A stretch of DNA of 64,000 bases from an uncultured Bdellovibrionales bacterium (GTDB lineage: Bacteria > Bdellovibrionota > Bdellovibrionia > Bdellovibrionales > JAEYZS01), in assembly GCA_964469265.1 (NCBI GenBank), contig CAYXYF010000001.1, positions 138,766 to 202,765 on the forward strand, written 5' to 3'. Below the pieces are notes generated by a model that was given only the letters and a program-made list of their open reading frames with translations, made no database searches and was not told where the DNA came from. Shown here piece after piece: positions 59,272 through 64,000 of the stretch. A program made the position numbers and the translations under genes. Each line of letters opens with the position of its first letter. Position 1 is the stretch's first letter.

Positions 59272-60342
59272 ATGTTTAAAAGACTCGACGATGTTGAAAA
59301 AAAATATGAAGGCGTTGCCGAACAAATTCTTAATCCAGACGTAATAACTGATAATAAAAAATACGCAAAGATCATGAAGGAATACTCTACACTCAAAGAG
59401 ATTGTAGATGTTTACCGTGCGTACAAAAAATGTGACCAAGACATCCAAAATAATAAGCAGATTCTTGACGAAGAAAAAGACCAAGATCTGCGGTCAATGG
59501 CAAAAGAAGAGCTGCCCGAACTCGAGAAACTAAAAGAAGAGCTTACCGCTCAGTTAAAAATTCTTTTACTTCCTAAAGATCCTAACGACGATAAAAATAT
59601 CATTATTGAAATTAGAGCAGGCGCTGGTGGTGATGAGGCATCCCTTTTCTGTGAAGAGTTGTTTCGTGCCTATGTTCATTATGCGCAAAACAATCGGTGG
59701 AGTGTTGAGATGCTCTCAACATCAGCATCACCTGTTGGCGGTTTCAAAGAAGTAATTGCAAGCATCTCTGGAGATAAAGTCTACAGCAAGCTCAAATATG
59801 AGTCTGGAGTTCACCGTGTGCAAAGGGTTCCAGAAACTGAAACCCAAGGTAGAGTACACACCTCCACAATTACTGTCGCAGTTTTACCTGAAGTTGAAGA
59901 AGTTGAAATTAACATCAATCCAAATGATTTAAAAATCGATGTTTTCCGCTCAGGAGGATCAGGCGGTCAGAGTGTTAATACAACAGACTCTGCGGTGAGA
60001 GTGACACATATTCCGACTGGTGTAGTAGTCATCTGCCAAGATGAAAAATCTCAAATAAAAAACAAAGCCAAGGCGATTAAAATTCTTGCCGCAAGAATCA
60101 GAAATCTTGAAGAACAAAAGGCAATAAAAGATGCTTCTGATAAACGTCTTGCGCAAATCGGAACGGGTGACAGGTCAGAGAGGATTAGAACATATAACTT
60201 CCCTCAGTCTCGTGTAACAGATCACAGAATTAACCTTACGGTTTACCAAATAGATGATTTGATGAGCGGGAACATGGATATTATGATTGAGCCACTCACG
60301 GCATTTTACCAAGCGGAAGCACTGAAAAACTCACAAGGATAA
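59272..60342 (+). CDS. prfA: peptide chain release factor 1
   Basis: 356 aa with ...RVQRVPETETQGRVHTS... and the GGQ loop SGGSGGQSVNT. Confidence 0.95.
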   Translation: MFKRLDDVEKKYEGVAEQILNPDVITDNKKYAKIMKEYSTLKEIVDVYRAYKKCDQDIQNNKQILDEEKDQDLRSMAKEELPELEKLKEELTAQLKILLLPKDPNDDKNIIIEIRAGAGGDEASLFCEELFRAYVHYAQNNRWSVEMLSTSASPVGGFKEVIASISGDKVYSKLKYESGVHRVQRVPETETQGRVHTSTITVAVLPEVEEVEININPNDLKIDVFRSGGSGGQSVNTTDSAVRVTHIPTGVVVICQDEKSQIKNKAKAIKILAARIRNLEEQKAIKDASDKRLAQIGTGDRSERIRTYNFPQSRVTDHRINLTVYQIDDLMSGNMDIMIEPLTAFYQAEALKNSQG

Positions 60343-60346
60343 TAAA

Positions 60347-61267
60347 ATCAAGATTCAAGATTTAATTTTATCAGCGACAAACTTTTTAAAAGAAAAAAGT
60401 CCCTCGGCTCGTCTTGATGTCGAGTTAATTATTGCAGACACACTGGGATGCAAGAGAACAGACCTGTATGTGAATTCGAAAAAAACTCTAGATCCAAAAA
60501 CACTCCAAGAGTGTCTTCAAAAAATTGAAAGACGCATTCAAGGGGAGCCTATTGCATACATCACAAATAAAAAAGACTTCCTAAATTATACCTTTTTTGT
60601 AGAAGCAGGTGTTCTGATTCCGCGTCCAGAGACGGAGCACATTGTGGAATATGCTCTTCATTGGATAGAAAACCATCCAGATACGATTTCTAATAAACCA
60701 AAGAAGTTTTGGGTCCTGGATCTTGGATCGGGGAGCGGGTGCGTGGGCTTATCGCTTTTAAAAGAAGTATTTAATATTCATGTCGTAGCGGTCGATATTT
60801 CTGCTAAAGCCATTGAGGTTTCAAAAAGAAATGCAAAGAATCTTGATGTTGAAGATCGCTACTCTTTAATTCAAAAAAATGCTGATCTGTTAGAGCCTCG
60901 TGATTTTGACTTTTTAAAAGAAAAGGGCTTTCAAGGAGAGTTTGATATTGTGATTTCAAACCCGCCCTACATTGGCTATGGTGATGTCGACGTTGAGCCC
61001 AATGTTAAAAAATTTGAGCCAGCCGAGGCACTATACTGTGAAGACAATGGGCTTGAGAAGGTCAGAAAATGGTCTACCGTTGCTGGGAATATGTTAACTG
61101 CAAAGGGACTCTGGGTTTTTGAAATTGGCGCCACCCAAGGTCGTGCCGCAGAAAAACTTGTACTGAGTACCGATTTTTTTGCAGACTGCGAAGTTGCGAC
61201 TGATTACTCTGGAAGAGATCGCTTTTTGGTCGTTTTTAAAAAGGACATTGAAGCAATTCAAAATTAA
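60347..61267 (+). CDS. prmC: release-factor glutamine N5-methyltransferase PrmC; the start codon is non-canonical or unresolved
   Basis: NPPY motif (ISNPPYIGYGD) and SAM motif LDLGSGSG. The reading frame is open from 60326, and residues ...KIQDLILSATNFLKEKSPSARLDVELIIADTLGCKRTDLY... upstream of the ORF-track GTG (60470) match the PrmC N-terminal domain. No ATG, GTG or TTG is present there. ATC at 60347 lies 7 nt after AAGGA, and ATT at 60353 is an alternative. Confidence 0.85.
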   Translation: MKIQDLILSATNFLKEKSPSARLDVELIIADTLGCKRTDLYVNSKKTLDPKTLQECLQKIERRIQGEPIAYITNKKDFLNYTFFVEAGVLIPRPETEHIVEYALHWIENHPDTISNKPKKFWVLDLGSGSGCVGLSLLKEVFNIHVVAVDISAKAIEVSKRNAKNLDVEDRYSLIQKNADLLEPRDFDFLKEKGFQGEFDIVISNPPYIGYGDVDVEPNVKKFEPAEALYCEDNGLEKVRKWSTVAGNMLTAKGLWVFEIGATQGRAAEKLVLSTDFFADCEVATDYSGRDRFLVVFKKDIEAIQN

Positions 61268-61275
61268 GGTGAAAA

Positions 61276-62541
61276 ATGGATAAAATAGTCATCGTCGGAC
61301 AAAAACAATTAAATGGAGAAATCTACGCCAGTGGCGCAAAAAATGCGGCACTTCCGTTGTTATTTTCAACCTTGCTTGCTGACGGGAAACACGTTTTTAA
61401 GAATGTCCCAAAGTTGCAAGATATTCAGTCGACCAAAAGTTTACTTGAGCACCTTGGTGCAAAGGTGAGCTGGGAAAATAATAACTTTGTCGTCGAGGGC
61501 CGCCAGGATTTAATTAAAAAAGCACCCTATGACCTCGTCCGAAAAATGCGAGCATCGATTCTTTGTTTAGGTCCGTTGTTATCTCGCTATGGCGAAGCTG
61601 TAGTGAGCTTGCCGGGCGGATGTGCTATCGGAACAAGACCTATTGATAAACATCTTGATGCGATGAAGGCGATGGGGGCTGAAATTGAAATTCAAGATGG
61701 ATACGTCATTGCCACGACAAAAAATAAAAAGCGATTAGTTGGTGCAAATATTGTTTTTGATGGTGTCACTGTGGGTGGAACTGAAAATGCTTTAATGGCG
61801 GCGGTTCTTGCTGAGGGTGAAACCATAATTGAAAATGCTGCAAAAGAACCCGAGGTTGATGATCTTGCAAATTATCTTATTAAGATGGGCGCAAAGATTG
61901 AAGGTGTTGGAACAAGTGTTCTTCGAATCAAAGGTGTTGAATCATTAAAGGCTGCAGAACATAGCGTGATACCAGATCGCATCGAGGCTGGAACACTCCT
62001 TATTGCAGGTGCGATTACAGGGGGAGAGGTCACAGTCACAAACTGTATCCCACAACACTTAGATGCGCTTTTAGATAAGATGCGTGAAAGTGGATTTCAT
62101 TTTGAACTCGAAGCAGATTCAATAACCGTTAAAAGATGTAAAGAGTGGAAAGGTGTAGATGTACAAACATCGCCGCACCCAGGGTTTGCGACGGACCTTC
62201 AGGCTCAGCTTATGGCACTGATGACAGTTGCAAATGGAACAAGCATTATTTCTGAAAATATTTTTGAAAATAGATTTATGCACGTTCAAGAATTAGTTCG
62301 TATGAATGCTGACATTACAACGCGTACACAGGTAGCAATTGTAAGAGGAAAGCCTGGTTGCTTAAAGGGGGCTCCTGTTATGGCGACTGATCTAAGGGCA
62401 TCTGCATCTTTGATTTTAGCAGGGTTAGCTGCTTCAGGTGAAACTCAGGTATTAAGAGTCTATCATTTGGATCGTGGATACGAAAAACTTGAAGAGAAAT
62501 TACAGAAGCTAGGTGCTAATGCAATTCGAACGAAAGAATAA
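61276..62541 (+). CDS. murA: UDP-N-acetylglucosamine 1-carboxyvinyltransferase
   Basis: 421 aa with ...SGAKNAALP... and active-site Cys loop LPGGCAIGTRPID. Confidence 0.96.
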   Translation: MDKIVIVGQKQLNGEIYASGAKNAALPLLFSTLLADGKHVFKNVPKLQDIQSTKSLLEHLGAKVSWENNNFVVEGRQDLIKKAPYDLVRKMRASILCLGPLLSRYGEAVVSLPGGCAIGTRPIDKHLDAMKAMGAEIEIQDGYVIATTKNKKRLVGANIVFDGVTVGGTENALMAAVLAEGETIIENAAKEPEVDDLANYLIKMGAKIEGVGTSVLRIKGVESLKAAEHSVIPDRIEAGTLLIAGAITGGEVTVTNCIPQHLDALLDKMRESGFHFELEADSITVKRCKEWKGVDVQTSPHPGFATDLQAQLMALMTVANGTSIISENIFENRFMHVQELVRMNADITTRTQVAIVRGKPGCLKGAPVMATDLRASASLILAGLAASGETQVLRVYHLDRGYEKLEEKLQKLGANAIRTKE

Positions 62542-62544
62542 ATC

Positions 62545-62610
62545 TTAAACCGCAAACCCAGCGATAAGTAAGACTGCAACGATATAAACCGAAATCAATA
62601 TTTTAATCAT
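62545..62610 (-). CDS. candidate 21-aa hydrophobic micropeptide
   Basis: Below the ORF-track length cutoff. The minus strand reads GGGGAAATGAA-ATG ATT AAA..., giving MIKILISVYIVAVLLIAGFAV-stop, a single TM-length helix. This is purely a sequence-based suggestion. Confidence 0.25.
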   Translation of the reverse strand: MIKILISVYIVAVLLIAGFAV

Positions 62611-62870
62611 TTCATTTCCCCAGTGGGATATTTTTGTCGTACTCTATAAATGCAATTATAATAAGATTAAGCAAAAGTGATGCCACTAGAACGTCCTGTG
62701 AATGGACTAGGAGGGCGATGCATGTCTCTTATAGCCACCAGATTGAAACTATTCCAGTTAGAACAGGGACCGCAGGGCTGCTTTTTACTAGTAAAATCAT
62801 ATATTTAGGGTAAATCAGTTCCAAGCTGGGTGCAAAACCAAAATGGAACCAACCAAAAGGCGGCAGTATT

Positions 62871-63224
62871 ATGGCTTTAAAAGAAGATTGTCTGTTCTGC
62901 AAAATCATTAAAGAAGAAATTCCAGCAGCAAAGATTTATGAATCGGATAAGGTCTTGGCGTTTAAGGATATTGAACCTCAGGCTAAGCACCACTATTTGA
63001 TTATCCCCAAATTCCATGTGGATTCCTTGGCTCATCTTAATGAGGAAAATCTCAACGTTATGACCGAGCTGTTTCAGGCGGCAACCCAGATTGCAGAAGA
63101 ACAGGGCTTTAAAAAAGACGGTTTTCGTAGTGTAATTAACACTGGGGAACAAGGTGGCCAGACAGTGTTCCATTTGCATTTACATATTCTTGCTGGAAGT
63201 AAGATGGGAGCTAGATTTAGTTAA
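62871..63224 (+). CDS. HIT family (histidine triad) nucleotide hydrolase
   Basis: 117 aa with C-x-x-C (CLFC) and histidine triad HLHLHIL. Confidence 0.88.
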   Translation: MALKEDCLFCKIIKEEIPAAKIYESDKVLAFKDIEPQAKHHYLIIPKFHVDSLAHLNEENLNVMTELFQAATQIAEEQGFKKDGFRSVINTGEQGGQTVFHLHLHILAGSKMGARFS

Positions 63225-64000
63225 TGGCTGAGGCTTTATGGAAGTTACAAGATAGAAAAGGTCATTTCTATGGACCGTTTACAACGTCCAAGATTATGGA
63301 GCTTATTTCCAAAGGATTTCTGAAAGGAGATGAGCTTGTTTGCCCAGAAGGCACCGACCGCTGGATTGAAATTACAAATTACCCTGAATTCTATGATGCC
63401 ATTGAGGAAGCGGGTAACTCTGACCAAGCCGAGCGTACACAAGTTGAAATTGAAACTGCGCTCACAAACTTAACAGAGCGCCCAAGAAAACGAGGCCGAG
63501 TTATTATTGAAGACGAAAACTCACCTCCTCCGCGCAAGCCGAGCCACACAAGTACGTCGAGCGATGAAAAAACAAAAGTCTCAAGTGGTTCTAAAAAAGA
63601 TATCCCAACTAAAAAAGAGCGAAGAAAAAAAAGACGCGGCATAAGTCAGCAAAAAAGTCCGTTTGCACGTTTAAAGGATCAGTTCATTAAACCCATCTTC
63701 GATAATGGTGGTCATCGCACGCCAACGGGTCCGCAGTTTAAACCACCAGTCATTGATCTTAAAGAAGAGCAAGTGATCTTTAGGTCACAGAGAAAAAAGA
63801 ATCGAATGATAAACGTTGTTCTGATTCTTGCGGTGGCCTTCTTTGGGTTTTTAGTTTTAAGCAGTTTAGAAAACTATTCGTCAAATCCAGAGGGGAAAAC
63901 AAGACTCCTTTACCCTACTCAGAAGGCAAGTCCCCGTTCTCTTGAAGAAACACAATCAATGCTAAAGCAAAGCTTAGCAGAGTTTCAAAAAGACGATTTT
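63224..64000 (+). CDS. GYF_2 (DUF4339)-domain membrane protein; the gene runs off the right edge
   Basis: Not in the ORF track. Manual translation from the ATG at 63224 (TAATG overlap with the HIT stop) stays open to 64000: MAEALWKLQDRKGHFYGPFTTSKIMELISKGFLKGDELVCPEGTDRWIEI... (GYF-like), then a K/R/S-rich linker and a TM (MINVVLILAVAFFGFLVL). Confidence 0.7.
   Translation, partial: MAEALWKLQDRKGHFYGPFTTSKIMELISKGFLKGDELVCPEGTDRWIEITNYPEFYDAIEEAGNSDQAERTQVEIETALTNLTERPRKRGRVIIEDENSPPPRKPSHTSTSSDEKTKVSSGSKKDIPTKKERRKKRRGISQQKSPFARLKDQFIKPIFDNGGHRTPTGPQFKPPVIDLKEEQVIFRSQRKKNRMINVVLILAVAFFGFLVLSSLENYSSNPEGKTRLLYPTQKASPRSLEETQSMLKQSLAEFQKDDF

Overview
This is an origin-proximal window made almost entirely of core genes. 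It comes from an AT-rich (roughly 40% GC by eye) Gram-negative bacterium. Gene content and one diagnostic protein suggest a Bdellovibrio-and-like organism (Bdellovibrionota), but that is inference, not a database result. The left end carries the classic origin cluster: mnmE-jag-yidC-yidD-rnpA-rpmH on the minus strand, diverging from dnaA, a DnaA-box/AT-rich oriC candidate, then dnaN-recF-gyrB-gyrA. After that come, in order: a partial F0 ATP-synthase operon (atpZ-atpI-atpB-atpE only); a 13-kb minus-strand block (uvrA, phosphomannomutase, pdxA, three tandem parvulin/SurA-like chaperones, DUF374, etfAB, hydrolase, FHA); rpsF-membrane protein-rplI-dnaB; fis-like and queE; ftsK; an lptM-like-dapF-dapA-dapB cluster; tal; envelope proteins; ligA; gatCAB-asmA-like-ppx-DUF192; an acidic LysM protein; PilZ; rho; and rpmE-prfA-prmC-murA-HIT-GYF. 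I found no tRNA or rRNA genes, CRISPR array, IS or prophage remnants, toxin-antitoxin pair or recognisable defence genes, and no multi-gene accessory island. The most notable element is a stand-alone 64-aa histone-fold gene (47037-47231) resembling the Bdellovibrio bacterial histone (Bd0055/HBb). Secondary observations are: a UvrA whose insertion domain is replaced by an acidic linker; Rho with a ~120-aa N/R/D-rich N-terminal extension; an ATP-synthase c subunit with a signal-peptide-like extension; a phased DnaA-box pair far from oriC; prmC without a canonical start codon; and a metallophosphoesterase split by a membrane module. All calls rest on reading the supplied translations and the DNA by eye and on remembered family motifs. 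No searches were run.
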